Assembly (NCBI GenBank): GCA_025061115.1 | Contig: JANZKC010000004.1 | Span: 32,001 to 96,000, forward strand | Length of the DNA stretch: 64,000 bases | Direction of reading: 5' to 3' | Source of the DNA: Candidatus Culexmicrobium cathedralense | GTDB taxonomy: Archaea > Thermoproteota > Methanomethylicia > Culexarchaeales > Culexmicrobiaceae | Position numbers and translations under genes: made by a program | Shown: positions 1-10,375 of the stretch, one piece after another | Numbering within the stretch: position 1 is the stretch's first letter | Layout: each line of letters opens with the position of its first letter | Notes under the pieces: model-generated | Database searches by the model: none | Seen by the model: only the letters and a program-made list of their open reading frames with translations | What the model was told of the DNA's origin: nothing

Positions 1-71
1 ACGTAGCTATATGATTGCGGTATTAAAGTTAAAATGAACATTAATACATAGAACTGCGCTCTTCTAAGCAT
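1..71 (-). CDS. 5' end of a probable secreted protein (runs off the window)
   Basis: Manual translation MLRRAQFYVLMFILTLIPQSYSY..., signal-peptide-like, with GAGGAG SD upstream. Confidence 0.45.
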   Translation of the reverse strand, partial: MLRRAQFYVLMFILTLIPQSYSY

Positions 72-340
72 CAAGATTCTTCACTCCTCTCAATCTTGGT
101 CGCGCAAAATAAGCCTAAAAACATTATGAAGCGTGAACATAGAAATTTTCACATAAAGTAGTTACTTATGGCGGCTTCCTCACATTTCCGAGTCCAAGTC
201 GCTCAGTACCCCTCAATGGCAATGAATTTCTTAAGTCGTTAAGTACAACTCTGAAATGCCTTCAGACATTAGTCTTAAAGTGAAGCACTCGAATTAAGTT
301 TATAACTGACAAGGTAGAATATTCTTCAGCCGAAGGGAGA

Positions 341-416
341 GGCCGGGGTAGCTCAGTCTGGTTAGAGTGCTGGCCTGTGGAGCCAGTGGTCGCGGGTTCA
401 AATCCCGCCCCCGGCC
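341..416 (+). tRNA. tRNA-His(GTG), with genomically encoded G-1
   Basis: Cloverleaf: acceptor GCCGGGG/CCCCGGC, anticodon arm CTGGC-CTGTGGA-GCCAG, T-loop TTCAAAT, C73. Confidence 0.95.
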
Positions 417-507
417 TCCATGCATTTCAGTAATGTAAGTTGCCGTAACCGAAACATGATATAACTGCGAGAAAGTTTTATTATGGCCAAATCTTTAACC
501 TGTTATC

Positions 508-584
508 GGGCCGGTAGCTCAGACTGGAAGAGCACCTGCCTTGCACGCAGGGGGTCGCGGGTTCAAATCCCGCCCGGTCCACCA
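508..584 (+). tRNA. tRNA-Ala(TGC)
   Basis: Cloverleaf, G3:U70 pair, anticodon loop CTTGCAC, encoded CCA. Confidence 0.96.
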
Positions 585-831
585 CTCATATGATTCTCTC
601 CTTAACGCAGTCAATGAGCGTTTCATGCCTCAAAGCTTCTTGCCTCTACAAGAGTCAGCCAACCTTATTTTCTACATTACGTTAATACATTGCTCCTTTC
701 AGATCTTTAATGAATGACTTCAGCTTTCATTAATTAAAACGGTATTACCCACAATGCAATTAGCCTTCACCAATTAAGTTCCATCAATGATCAAGAACAC
801 ATTTATCTGCATGGATTTACATTATATTTTA

Positions 832-896
832 AGCTGATGATGACAAGAGGGTCAATGAGGTTAAAACCCGTGAATTAAGCTGGAAAAGCTGAAGCT
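832..896 (+). ncRNA. candidate box C/D guide sRNA
   Basis: C box ATGATGA 837-843, D' ATGA 855-858, D box CTGA 889-892, terminal AGCT/AGCT stem; C' box degenerate. Confidence 0.6.
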
Positions 897-1605
897 ACTT
901 AAATGTTTTCCACGCATTTTGGTAAATTCCAACTTCTTGTTCATATGCGTGAATGATCATTGTGGCTACAGTCCATGCATCGAGTGGTTTCGGATAAATG
1001 GCTATTTTCGTATCCGTTAATTCCAATGTTTTATCTGTAAATGTTCCATGCGGAAACCCCCCTATTATGACTGCAGGTTTTTTCTCATGAATAAGCCTCT
1101 CAGCTACTTCCTTAGGTGTACTTTTGGCTCCTCTCGATGTGAGCAGAATCGTCATTGTTGGGTTGATCTCCATTAGCAGCTCCTTCAACGTCTTATCTTG
1201 AACTTTAAGTAGAGGTTTATCTGCTCGCGGAGGCACTTGCCCTACTTTAAATAGTTGCTCAATTAGCCCGATGAACCTGAGGTAATTTCTCGGCAATCTT
1301 GTCGTTGAATTTATGTATATGACCTTTTCATTTATTGTATGCACGTACACTTGCAGATGCCCTTCCAGATTTGCTGGTGAGCTTAATACCTGGAGAAGTG
1401 TTATGTGCGTTATGTCTGGCCTTCCTCTCTTCCAACTATACTCTAGTTTTTTCATTGCATGATGGTGACGTGAAACATCTAGCAACATCTCATGTGGTTT
1501 TTTCCCTCTTTTCCTTGCGTGTTTCACAATTACGGGGTGATTTTGAATCGACTTTGGCACCGTCTCCAGCGCTGCTTCAGCTATTATTAATTGTAAGCGC
1601 GCCAT
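895..1605 (-). CDS. nep1: rRNA small subunit pseudouridine methyltransferase Nep1/Emg1
   Basis: RGRPDITH, RLPRNYxRFxGL, IGGFPHG motifs; start moved to ATG 1605 behind a GGTGA SD. Confidence 0.93.
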   Translation of the reverse strand: MARLQLIIAEAALETVPKSIQNHPVIVKHARKRGKKPHEMLLDVSRHHHAMKKLEYSWKRGRPDITHITLLQVLSSPANLEGHLQVYVHTINEKVIYINSTTRLPRNYLRFIGLIEQLFKVGQVPPRADKPLLKVQDKTLKELLMEINPTMTILLTSRGAKSTPKEVAERLIHEKKPAVIIGGFPHGTFTDKTLELTDTKIAIYPKPLDAWTVATMIIHAYEQEVGIYQNAWKTFK

Positions 1606-1668
1606 TTTTTCACCGCTTACTATTAGCTTATTATTAACGTAATTTTTATAATTTGAATTGGTGGTCTC

Positions 1669-1971
1669 TTGCAGCGACTGATTAAGGATGTGGCTCTTCA
1701 AAGAATTATCCGCCTTTTTGAGTTGGCTGAAGATGTTTTCTTAAGCAATCCGAAATTGGCTGACAGATATGTTGAGCTTGCTAGACGTATTAGCATGCGC
1801 TGTAAAGTTCGCATTCCCCGAAAGTGGCGCAAGCGCTTTTGCCACTTTTGCGGGGCCTTTCTCTGGCCTGGCATTAATTGCCGTGTTAGGCTTCGCTCCA
1901 ATAGAATGCCACATATAGTTATTACCTGTCTGAAGTGTGGGCGGCAAATGCGCTTTCCGATTAGGCGTTGA
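1669..1971 (+). CDS. rnp4: ribonuclease P protein component 4 (Rpp21)
   Basis: RYVELARRI, CxxC...CxxC zinc ribbon. Confidence 0.92.
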   Translation: MQRLIKDVALQRIIRLFELAEDVFLSNPKLADRYVELARRISMRCKVRIPRKWRKRFCHFCGAFLWPGINCRVRLRSNRMPHIVITCLKCGRQMRFPIRR

Positions 1972-2016
1972 GAGCGCGAAGTTTTTGTTCTAATTTAACT
2001 CTTTAGATATGGTGAT

Positions 2017-2316
2017 GTGATGTCTAAATTATCCCCTAAGGAGAAGCGCAGGCTTGCTGACCTAACTCAGCAGAAAGCGCCGCACGTCCACATTGGAAAG
2101 CGTGGATTATGCAGCGAAGTCCTCGACGAGATTGACAGACAATTAAAAGAGCATGAAGTAATTAAAGTCAAGATACTTAAAAGTGCACTCCAAGTTGAAA
2201 AGTGCGATCGTAAGACGCTGATAGCAAAGCTAGCTAAAGCAGTAGACGCTGAAGTTCTGGACATCCGCGGATTAACTGCTGTGTTGTATAGGAAGCGAAG
2301 ACTTTATAAGAGGTAG
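2017..2316 (+). CDS. YhbY/CRM-domain RNA-binding protein
   Basis: IGKxG, HEVIKVK, RGxTAVLYR motifs. Confidence 0.9.
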   Translation: MMSKLSPKEKRRLADLTQQKAPHVHIGKRGLCSEVLDEIDRQLKEHEVIKVKILKSALQVEKCDRKTLIAKLAKAVDAEVLDIRGLTAVLYRKRRLYKR

Positions 2317-2351
2317 TCTTACTTTCAACGCTGAGATTACTCTATGCGCTT

Positions 2352-2834
2352 ATGGTGAGCAACATGGTTACGCCCTATAGCGTGCCGCCTCAACTCCTAA
2401 TAAATCAGCTAGCAAAGTATTTGAAAGAAAATTATCCTCAGATTAGGCCTCCAGCTTGGGCTCCATTCGTCAAGACTGGAGTTCATAAGGAGCGACCCCC
2501 TCAAAATCCTGACTGGTGGTACGTTAGGTGCGCCTCCATACTTCGCAAGTTATACATACATGGCCCAGTCGGTGTCTCTAGGCTGAGAACTGCTTATGGC
2601 GGTAGAAAAAGACGCGGCACGCGTAAAGAGCATTTCAGAAAGGGGAGCGGCGCAATTATAAGGAAGGCTCTTCAACAACTTGAAGCCGCTGGCTTAGTTG
2701 CTAAAATTGAGGGTGAAGGACGAGGTTTAACTCCTGAAGGTCGCTCACTTTTAGATAGGCTCTCTAACAGAATTTTCAGAGATCTTCAAAAGAAAATGCC
2801 TGAGTTAAAAAAATATGTGACGACTACTAAGTGA
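2352..2834 (+). CDS. rps19e: 30S ribosomal protein eS19
   Basis: [29 protein letters not shown]. Confidence 0.97.
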   Translation: MVSNMVTPYSVPPQLLINQLAKYLKENYPQIRPPAWAPFVKTGVHKERPPQNPDWWYVRCASILRKLYIHGPVGVSRLRTAYGGRKRRGTRKEHFRKGSGAIIRKALQQLEAAGLVAKIEGEGRGLTPEGRSLLDRLSNRIFRDLQKKMPELKKYVTTTK

Positions 2835-2856
2835 CGAATGATGAGGTGCTAATAGA

Positions 2857-3192
2857 ATGGCTGAAGTCAGCGACGAAGAGCTGGAAGCTATAAAGCAGCG
2901 AAAGCTGCTTGAGCTTCAGAAGAGAATTATGGAAGCTAAGAAGCGAGAGGAAGAAGAAGCTGAAAAGCAAGCTATATTACGTGTTATTTTAACCCCTAAA
3001 GCTAGAAGTAGATTAATGAACCTCAAAATAGTTCGCCCCGAATTTGCCCAACAACTTGAGCTTCAGCTTATTCAGCTTGCTCGTGCAGGTCGCCTTCCTG
3101 TTCCGTTAACTGATGAACAGCTTAAAGCTATTTTAATTCAACTAACTAGTGGTAGGAGAACCACCCGTATTGTGTTTAAGAGGAAGTCTTAA
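2857..3192 (+). CDS. PDCD5-like DNA-binding protein
   Basis: ILTPxARxRLxNLK...LIQLA motif; conserved position after eS19. Confidence 0.92.
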   Translation: MAEVSDEELEAIKQRKLLELQKRIMEAKKREEEEAEKQAILRVILTPKARSRLMNLKIVRPEFAQQLELQLIQLARAGRLPVPLTDEQLKAILIQLTSGRRTTRIVFKRKS

Positions 3193-3203
3193 GGGTGATG
3201 GTT

Positions 3204-3359
3204 ATGGCTAGAAACAAACCCCTAGCTAAAAAGCTCAGGCTTGCGCGAGCTTTAAAGCAGAATTCCCCCGTTCCGTTTTGGGTTGTAGTTAAGACTAGGG
3301 GGGGATTTAGGCGTCATCCAAAGCTCAGACATTGGAGGCGTAGTAGGCTTCAGCTGTAG
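3204..3359 (+). CDS. rpl39e: 50S ribosomal protein eL39 (not in ORF track)
   Basis: Manual translation [31 protein letters not shown]...[10 protein letters not shown]. Confidence 0.96.
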   Translation: MARNKPLAKKLRLARALKQNSPVPFWVVVKTRGGFRRHPKLRHWRRSRLQL

Positions 3360-3370
3360 TGGTGATATAA

Positions 3371-3652
3371 ATGAGTAGTGATAAGGAGCAAGCAAAAATA
3401 GTCGAAGAGAGAATTTACGTAGTTCCATTCAGAATCGCCTTCTTCGTGCCGCGTCCAAAGCGAGTTCCAAGAGCAATTCGCTTTCTCAGAAGCTTCATAA
3501 AGAGGCACATGAAAACTGAAAACGTCTGGATTTCGCCTGAGGTGAATGAAGTCATTTGGAGTAGAGGTAAAAAGAAGCCTCCTAGAAAAATTAAAGTTAG
3601 AGCCGTTAAAGAAGAAGATGGTATGGTGAGAGTGTACTTGGCGGAGCTCTGA
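3371..3652 (+). CDS. rpl31e: 50S ribosomal protein eL31
   Basis: ERIYVVP, VNEVIWSRG..KPP. Confidence 0.95.
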   Translation: MSSDKEQAKIVEERIYVVPFRIAFFVPRPKRVPRAIRFLRSFIKRHMKTENVWISPEVNEVIWSRGKKKPPRKIKVRAVKEEDGMVRVYLAEL

Positions 3653-3662
3653 GGTTTAAAAG

Positions 3663-4340
3663 TTGATTGAGCGTGTCACCATTTATGGAAGTTCAAGTAT
3701 AGGCGTATTCTGCTTAGCTACGGATTCATATGTAATACTGCCACCAGATGTGGCGGATAAAACATTGAAAGTCGTTGAGGAAGTGCTTCAAGTTTCAGTG
3801 GCGCAAACTAGAATAGGCGGATCAGTTCTCGTAGGTGCTTTAGCCGTAGGTAATAATAACGGCATACTTCTTCCCTACTACGTCTCTGAAGAAGAAGTCT
3901 CTTTCCTAAAATCCGCATTAAAAATTAATGTAGATACGCTGCCAAGTAAGAAAACAGCTTTAGGCAACGTAATTTTAGCAAATGACAATGCTGCAGTTAT
4001 ACATCCAAAACTCGAAGCTAAAGCGAAGCGAGTAATCGAAGATGTTCTGGGAGTTGAAGTTATTGATGCTTTGATTGCTGGATTACCCATAGTGGGTGCA
4101 GCAGCTGTCATAACCAATAAGGGTGGATTAGTGCATCCTCTCGTCACTGAAGAAGAATTAAAAAATATAAGCAGTATCTTCAAAGTAAACGTCGACGTGG
4201 GCACCGTTAATGCGGGTTTCCCCTTCGTGGGCATTGGAATCGTGGCGAATTCGAGGGGGGCACTAGTCGGTGCAGCAACTACAGGCCCTGAGCTCGCTCA
4301 TATCGAGCGAGCTCTAGGACTATTGGAGGGTCCTCCATGA
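3663..4340 (+). CDS. eif6: translation initiation factor 6 (aIF6)
   Basis: [21 protein letters not shown] repeats. Confidence 0.95.
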   Translation: MIERVTIYGSSSIGVFCLATDSYVILPPDVADKTLKVVEEVLQVSVAQTRIGGSVLVGALAVGNNNGILLPYYVSEEEVSFLKSALKINVDTLPSKKTALGNVILANDNAAVIHPKLEAKAKRVIEDVLGVEVIDALIAGLPIVGAAAVITNKGGLVHPLVTEEELKNISSIFKVNVDVGTVNAGFPFVGIGIVANSRGALVGAATTGPELAHIERALGLLEGPP

Positions 4341-4579
4341 ATGTAAAAGTCTTTAGAGTTGAAGGGAAAATGCTCCTACGAACTGGTGAGTGGCAAAAGT
4401 TCGTAATAGATCTTCCCGGAGTTAAGCCTGAGGATGTACTGGAGAGAATATACTCTACTTTAACTGGCCTTCATAAACTCAAACGATCTCACATACGTAT
4501 TAAGAGCATAACCATAATTCCGCCAGAAGAATCCAAAAATCTACTGATTAAAGGAATCATGGAGATGAAGAGTTCATGA
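4337..4579 (+). CDS. rpl18a: 50S ribosomal protein eL20 (L18a/LX)
   Basis: [20 protein letters not shown]; operon position. Confidence 0.9.
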   Translation: MNVKVFRVEGKMLLRTGEWQKFVIDLPGVKPEDVLERIYSTLTGLHKLKRSHIRIKSITIIPPEESKNLLIKGIMEMKSS

Positions 4580-5004
4580 GTAGCAGCGGCCTTAATGAAA
4601 AAATCAATAAGCTTTATGCAGAAATCAATATGCTAAGTGCAATTGCAGAATCTCTTCAGCGCCACTATGACGCTCTATCAAGAATGGTGCTTGACGTGCA
4701 ACTCACTTTAAACACTCTAAAAGAAATTCGAGAGGTTGGCAAGGGACACAAGGTGTTAATTCCCTTAGGGTCTACTGTCTTGATAAATGTCTTAATTGAA
4801 GATAATCAAAATGCCTTTCTAAAGGTTGGATCCGGCATAATAGTTAGGAAGCCAATACCTGACGTTGAAGAATATTTGGAGAGCTACCTATTAAAGCTGC
4901 AAAGAGAGCAGCTGGAAACGCAAAAGAGGCTTGAAAGCGTCGTGAGCAACATCTCAAATTTGCAAGTGGAGCTTAATAAATTGCTTCAAAAAGCAGGACG
5001 ATAG
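4576..5004 (+). CDS. pfdA: prefoldin alpha subunit
   Basis: Coiled coils flanking LIPLG..VGSG hairpins; operon position. Confidence 0.88.
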   Translation: MSSSGLNEKINKLYAEINMLSAIAESLQRHYDALSRMVLDVQLTLNTLKEIREVGKGHKVLIPLGSTVLINVLIEDNQNAFLKVGSGIIVRKPIPDVEEYLESYLLKLQREQLETQKRLESVVSNISNLQVELNKLLQKAGR

Positions 5005-5928
5005 GTGTACGCTTTGTTTAGTAAGCTGAGAAACACCTTCAAATACGTTTTCGATGCTCTATCATCAAAAACGATAAGTGAAAAAGATTTAGAAGATGTG
5101 ATGTTTGAGTGGCAATTAAAGCTGATTGAGTGCGATGTCGCCTTTCCAGTTGCCGAGTACATTACTAATGAAGTTAAAAAGGCAATTGTAGGTCTAAAAG
5201 TTCGCAGATTTGGAGGCGAAGTTGCCAATAAAGTTAAGAATGCAATTAAAACTGTCCTTGTAAACCTGATTGAAAGTTCAGGTAAACTCAATTTTATGGA
5301 GCTAGTTTACAAGCACAAAGAAGCAGGAATTCCCCTTAAAGTTGTCTTTGTAGGCGTGAATGGTAGTGGTAAAACAACTACAATAGCTAAGATCGCTTAC
5401 ATGTTAAAGCAGGAAAAAATTCTGAGCGTCCTAGCTTGCAGTGACACTTTTAGAGCAGGTGCACAAGAGCAGTTAGCTACGCATGCAAAAAGGCTAGGGT
5501 TAAAGATGATTAAGCACCAATATGGCGCCGACCCAGCTGCAGTAGCATATGACGCAGTTAATTATGCTTCTGCCCACTCTATACCTGTAGTCTTGATAGA
5601 TACTGCTGGAAGAATGCAGACTGACAAGGGCTTAATGGACGAGTTAAGGAAGATAATTCGCGTAATTGAAGCTGATCTAATAATCTTCATAGGCGACGCG
5701 CTAGCAGGTAACGATGCGCTGCTTCAAGCAGAAAAATTCAACGAAGCTGTTGGAATAAACGCGTCGATAATAACAAAGGTTGATGCAGACGTTAAGGGAG
5801 GAACGGCCTTATCTATTTTATATGCAACTAAAAAGCCAATAATCTACCTGGGCGTCGGCCAGAAATATGAAGATTTAATTCCTTTCACGCCTGACTGGCT
5901 ACTATCTCTTCTAATTGACGGTAAATAG
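5005..5928 (+). CDS. ftsY: SRP receptor FtsY
   Basis: GVNGSGKTTT, DTFRAGA, DTAGR, TKVD. Confidence 0.96.
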   Translation: MYALFSKLRNTFKYVFDALSSKTISEKDLEDVMFEWQLKLIECDVAFPVAEYITNEVKKAIVGLKVRRFGGEVANKVKNAIKTVLVNLIESSGKLNFMELVYKHKEAGIPLKVVFVGVNGSGKTTTIAKIAYMLKQEKILSVLACSDTFRAGAQEQLATHAKRLGLKMIKHQYGADPAAVAYDAVNYASAHSIPVVLIDTAGRMQTDKGLMDELRKIIRVIEADLIIFIGDALAGNDALLQAEKFNEAVGINASIITKVDADVKGGTALSILYATKKPIIYLGVGQKYEDLIPFTPDWLLSLLIDGK

Positions 5929-5970
5929 TTTTCAATAATAGCTTTATAAGTATACTTTGCTGAGGATTTT

Positions 5971-6918
5971 ATGGTGATTAGCTTGAAGAAACTAAAAGGC
6001 CGAGATTTTCTCACTCTACAGCACTATACTTCAGAGGAACTATTGACGATACTTGAATTTGCTAAATACTTGAAGTTAAAATACTACGCTGGCGAACGAT
6101 TCGTTCCTCTACTTGAGGGAAAGACCCTTGCAATGATATTTCAAAAGCCGTCAACGAGGACGAGGGTGTCCTTTGAAGTTGCTATGCATCAACTTGGTGG
6201 CCACGCACTCTACTTGAATTGGAACGACTTGCAATTAAGGCGTGGAGAAACGATTGAAGATACTGCCAGAGTGCTAAGCAGATATGCTGATGGAATTATG
6301 GCCAGGGTTTATTCGCACTCCGATTTAGAGGACCTCGCAAAGGCAGCTTCAATACCAGTAATAAATGGATTGAGCGATATGTACCACCCTTGCCAAATAC
6401 TCTCCGACATGCTTACAATATGGGAGAAGAAGGGCAGATTGAAAGGCGTTAATGTGGCTTACCTGGGTGATGGAGCAAACAATGTCTGCCACTCGCTCCT
6501 GATCGGTTGTTCCAAGCTTGGGCTAAACATCAAAGTTGCTTGTCCAAAGGGCTACGAGCCGAGGGAAAATGTAATTAAAAGAGCAACTGAAAATGCTGAA
6601 GAAAGTGGCTCCCAAATTCTAGTAACAAACTCTCCGACTGAAGCAGTCTCAGATGCAGATATAATTTACACTGATGTTTGGGTCAGTATGGGGCAGGAAG
6701 CAGAAGCTAAAGAGCGACTGAAGGTTTTCCCACCATTTCAAGTGAATGAAGACTTGTTGAAAAAGGCTCCGCCAAGCGCCCTAGTAATGCACTGCCTACC
6801 AGCACATAGAGGCCAAGAAATTACGGATGAGGTAATTGATGGCCCCCGATCAATCGTTTGGGACCAGGCTGAAAATCGATTGCACGTGCAAAAAGCATTA
6901 TTAGCCTTGTTGCTCTAG
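5971..6918 (+). CDS. argF: ornithine carbamoyltransferase
   Basis: STRTRVSF, HPCQ, SMG, HCLP. Confidence 0.96.
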   Translation: MVISLKKLKGRDFLTLQHYTSEELLTILEFAKYLKLKYYAGERFVPLLEGKTLAMIFQKPSTRTRVSFEVAMHQLGGHALYLNWNDLQLRRGETIEDTARVLSRYADGIMARVYSHSDLEDLAKAASIPVINGLSDMYHPCQILSDMLTIWEKKGRLKGVNVAYLGDGANNVCHSLLIGCSKLGLNIKVACPKGYEPRENVIKRATENAEESGSQILVTNSPTEAVSDADIIYTDVWVSMGQEAEAKERLKVFPPFQVNEDLLKKAPPSALVMHCLPAHRGQEITDEVIDGPRSIVWDQAENRLHVQKALLALLL

Positions 6919-6984
6919 TAATGCGCACACACCAACAAATTTTTAAGATTTCAAGACTTCTTTATTTCGGCGGCTAGGTGATGC

Positions 6985-7158
6985 TTGTTGAGCAATTTTA
7001 TCAAATCGGTGAAAAGGATAATTTACCTCTCTCGCAAGCCTTCATTCAACGAGTTCTGGCTCTCACTTAAAGTATGCCTGCTAGGCCTCCTAATTTTAGG
7101 TTCCTTCGCTTTCATAATCCAATTAATGTCTGCAGTAATCCAAGCCTTGCCCCCGTAG
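6985..7158 (+). CDS. secE: protein translocase SecE/Sec61-gamma (not in ORF track)
   Basis: Manual translation (TTG start) ...LSRKPSFNEFW...LGLLILGSFAFII; directly upstream of spt5. Confidence 0.9.
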   Translation: MLSNFIKSVKRIIYLSRKPSFNEFWLSLKVCLLGLLILGSFAFIIQLMSAVIQALPP

Positions 7159-7608
7159 GTGACCATAATGGCTCCATACTTCGCCGTTAGAATAACTGCT
7201 GGACAGGAGAAGAATACTGCTCTCCTTATACATGCCCGCTGCATTTCCAGAGGTCTTCCAGTGAAAGCAATAATTGCTCCAGATGAAGTAAGGGGCTTCA
7301 TCTTTATAGAATCGCCTAGCTTACATGTGGTTGAGCAAGCTATAACTGGTATAAAGCACGTCAAAGGATGGGTGCCTGGGAAGGTTGCTCCTTCTGAAAT
7401 AGAGCGCTTCCTAATTCCCCGCTCGCCGCTTGAAGGGCTCAGCGTTGGAGATGTGGTTGAAATTATCAGTGGGCCATTTAGGGGAATGAAAGGTAAAGTT
7501 ACGAGGATAGATCATGCAAAAGAAGAGGTAACCCTAGAGTTGCTAGAAGCTGCCTATACTCTTCCTATAACTGTTCACGGAGATGCAATAAAGAAGGTGA
7601 CCGGCTAA
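7159..7608 (+). CDS. spt5: transcription elongation factor Spt5
   Basis: TAGQE, GFIFIE, KOW motif GDVVEIISGPF. Confidence 0.96.
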   Translation: MTIMAPYFAVRITAGQEKNTALLIHARCISRGLPVKAIIAPDEVRGFIFIESPSLHVVEQAITGIKHVKGWVPGKVAPSEIERFLIPRSPLEGLSVGDVVEIISGPFRGMKGKVTRIDHAKEEVTLELLEAAYTLPITVHGDAIKKVTG

Positions 7609-7692
7609 GTAAAATAAGAAAAATATAAGAACACCCCTACACATTCCACCTTAGCTTTAGGCTAATCTCAAAAATGGGCAAGGTGAAGGAAG

Positions 7693-8196
7693 ATGGGGAC
7701 AAAAAAGACATTCAACTTCCTAGTTGAAGGCGGTAAAGCAACAGGAGGCCCTCCAATTGGGCCGGCGCTAGGTCCCCTAGGCGTAAATATCATGCAAGTC
7801 GTAAATAGGATTAATGAGCTAACGAAGGAATTTTCTGGAATGAGAGTTCCAGTCACGGTGACCGTGGATATCGATACTAAGGAATTTGAAGTTTCGGTTG
7901 GAGTTCCAACAACAACTGCATTGATAATAAGAGAATTAAAAGTCGAAAAGGGCTCCGGCCTCCCTCATGAAAAGAAAATAGGAAATCTCTCAATCGAGCA
8001 AATTGTTAAAATCGCACTTATAAAGCGAAAGCAGCTTTTGGCAAAGAATCTGAAAGGTGCAGTTAAAGAAGTTCTGGGAACCTGCTTAAGCATGGGAGTA
8101 ACTGTGGAGGGCAAAGATCCAAGAGTTGTGCAAAAAGAGATTGATGCTGGAAAATACGACGAGATCCTCTTAAAGTACGAGGAGGGTGAGGGATAG
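7693..8196 (+). CDS. rpl11: 50S ribosomal protein uL11
   Basis: GGKAT.GPPIGPALGP. Confidence 0.97.
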   Translation: MGTKKTFNFLVEGGKATGGPPIGPALGPLGVNIMQVVNRINELTKEFSGMRVPVTVTVDIDTKEFEVSVGVPTTTALIIRELKVEKGSGLPHEKKIGNLSIEQIVKIALIKRKQLLAKNLKGAVKEVLGTCLSMGVTVEGKDPRVVQKEIDAGKYDEILLKYEEGEG

Positions 8197-8852
8197 TGTC
8201 TGCTCTTTGTGAATCGCTTGTTAATGCAATTGATGAAGCTAAAAGATCCTCCAAGAAGAGGAACTTTGTCCAGTCAATAGATCTCATAATAGTCCTCAGA
8301 GATGTTGATATGAAAAAGCCGGAAAATAGGATAAACGAGAAAGTAATTCTGCCAAATCCAATAGATAAACCAGTTAAGGTATGCGTATTTGGAGAGGGCG
8401 ACTTCGCATTAAAAGCAAAAGAAGCAGGCGCTGACTTAGTGCTGGGGCGAGCGGATATCGAAAGATTAGGTGGCGATAAAAAGTCTGCGAAGAAGTTAGC
8501 TAAAGAGTACGATGCTTTCATAGCTAGGGCAGATCTCATGCCGCTGATTGGAAGATATCTCGGCCCAGTTCTAGGACCTCGCGGAAAAATGCCAGATCCA
8601 ATTCCACCTACCGGAGATGTAGTTTCCGCTATAAGGCAGGCTAGAGCCTGCGTTCGAATAAGATCTCGTACGCAGCCAATAGTTCAGTGCCGAATAGGCA
8701 CTGAAACAATGCCATCCGAGAAAATAGCAGAAAATGCCGAAGCAATAATTTCGGCAGTTGAGCGAAAGCTTAAAAGTCCGCATAACATTGGAGCAATATA
8801 TGTCAAAACGACCATGGGGCCGCCCATAAAAGTGAAGCTCACGAGGAGGTGA
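8196..8852 (+). CDS. rpl1: 50S ribosomal protein uL1
   Basis: RNFVQSIDL, LGPRGKMP, KTTMGP. Confidence 0.97.
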   Translation: MSALCESLVNAIDEAKRSSKKRNFVQSIDLIIVLRDVDMKKPENRINEKVILPNPIDKPVKVCVFGEGDFALKAKEAGADLVLGRADIERLGGDKKSAKKLAKEYDAFIARADLMPLIGRYLGPVLGPRGKMPDPIPPTGDVVSAIRQARACVRIRSRTQPIVQCRIGTETMPSEKIAENAEAIISAVERKLKSPHNIGAIYVKTTMGPPIKVKLTRR

Positions 8853-8857
8853 TTCCG

Positions 8858-9874
8858 ATGCTCGCTATAAAGCGTCGACACAAAATTCGCCCCGAAAAGG
8901 CTATGGCGGTCCAAGAACTGGCCAAATTAATTAAATCTCACAAGATTATTGGTGTTGCAAGCCTTCATGGGCTAAGAGCTCGTCAAATGCAAGAGCTAAG
9001 GAAAGTACTCCGAGGCATAGCTACAATAAAGGTTGCCAAGAATACATTAATGAAAAAGGCAATTGAACTTGTTATAAATGAAAAGCCTGATATTGAAAAG
9101 TTAATCCCCCACCTTAAAGGGCAAAATGCATTTCTATTTTCAAATGAAAATCCCTTCACGCTCGCTCTAACCTTAGAGAAGTATAAGGTGCTGGCTGAAG
9201 CAAAACCCGGCGACATTGCACCCAATGATATTGTAATTTCCTCAGGAAATACTGGAATAACTCCAGGACCAATAATGAGCAAGTTCAGTGCATTCAAGGT
9301 TCCCGTTAAAATAGAAGAGGGATCAATATGGGTCACTAAAGACACTGTGGTTGCAAGAAAAGGTGATGTAATTTCGGCGGATTTAGCAGATTTGCTTAAG
9401 CGTCTTGGCATTAAGCCGATTGAAGTAAAGTTGAGCTTAAAAGTTGCGTATTTTGATGGTCATACGTTGACATCGGAGGACCTGTACTTAGATCTAAATG
9501 AACATAAGGTCCAAATAGCTAATGCATATAAAGCTGCACTGGCCATATGCGAAAGCTCTTCATTCATAACTCCGGAAAGTGCGCCATTGATATTTAGAAA
9601 AGCGCTATTAAGTGCGAGAGCAGTAGCTGCTTTTTCAGCGCTGCCTGAACCAGAAGTGCTTTCAATGTCTATGCAAATTGCGAATGCTCATGCCATAGCG
9701 CTGGCTGCTCGTATTTCTCATGTTTCCCCCGACTTTAAAGTAGAGGTTCCTCAACTGCCTACCACAGTGGAGAGGGAAGAGAAAGTGAAGGAGGAGAAGA
9801 AGGAGGAGGAAGAGGAGAAAGAGGAAGCATCTGAGGAAGAGATTGCTGAAGGACTAGCAGCACTATTCGGATAA
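8858..9874 (+). CDS. rpl10: 50S ribosomal protein uL10 (P0)
   Basis: KNTL motif, acidic tail ending GLAALFG. Confidence 0.96.
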   Translation: MLAIKRRHKIRPEKAMAVQELAKLIKSHKIIGVASLHGLRARQMQELRKVLRGIATIKVAKNTLMKKAIELVINEKPDIEKLIPHLKGQNAFLFSNENPFTLALTLEKYKVLAEAKPGDIAPNDIVISSGNTGITPGPIMSKFSAFKVPVKIEEGSIWVTKDTVVARKGDVISADLADLLKRLGIKPIEVKLSLKVAYFDGHTLTSEDLYLDLNEHKVQIANAYKAALAICESSSFITPESAPLIFRKALLSARAVAAFSALPEPEVLSMSMQIANAHAIALAARISHVSPDFKVEVPQLPTTVEREEKVKEEKKEEEEEKEEASEEEIAEGLAALFG

Positions 9875-9877
9875 AGT
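9783..9877 (+). repeat. 95-bp perfect direct repeat, copy 1 (copy 2 at 10172-10266)
   Basis: Identical 3' ends of rpl10 and rpl12, including stop codon and 3 nt beyond. Confidence 0.9.
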
Positions 9878-9933
9878 GATGTAACGAAATAAATTTAAAT
9901 ATCCGTATTGGTTTTCGTAATATCGCGCTGGAG

Positions 9934-10263
9934 GTGGTTGAAATCGAGTATGTATATGCTAGCCTCCTATTGCATCAGGCTAAAAAACCCATAACTGAGG
10001 AGAACCTCAAACGTATCTTGGAAGCTGCCGGTGTCCAAGTTGACGACATCCGGCTAAAAGCTCTAACTGCCGCACTCAAAGAAATAAACATTGATGAAGT
10101 AGTAAGTGCTGCTGCATTCGTTGCTCCTACTGCAGCTGTTCCAGCCGCTCCCTCAGCTGCTCCTCCTGCTGAAGTGAAGGAGGAGAAGAAGGAGGAGGAA
10201 GAGGAGAAAGAGGAAGCATCTGAGGAAGAGATTGCTGAAGGACTAGCAGCACTATTCGGATAA
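9934..10263 (+). CDS. rpl12: 50S ribosomal stalk protein P1 (L12)
   Basis: [10 protein letters not shown], Ala/Pro linker, acidic tail. Confidence 0.96.
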   Translation: MVEIEYVYASLLLHQAKKPITEENLKRILEAAGVQVDDIRLKALTAALKEINIDEVVSAAAFVAPTAAVPAAPSAAPPAEVKEEKKEEEEEKEEASEEEIAEGLAALFG

Positions 10264-10375
10264 AGTACCTATAGGCAAATCTTAGTAATTACTTTTCCTA
10301 GCCACTTATATTAGGTGGTTTATGCATAAGCTCAGTGTGGATAATAGTTATTAATACTCACGATCGGTGATCCTG

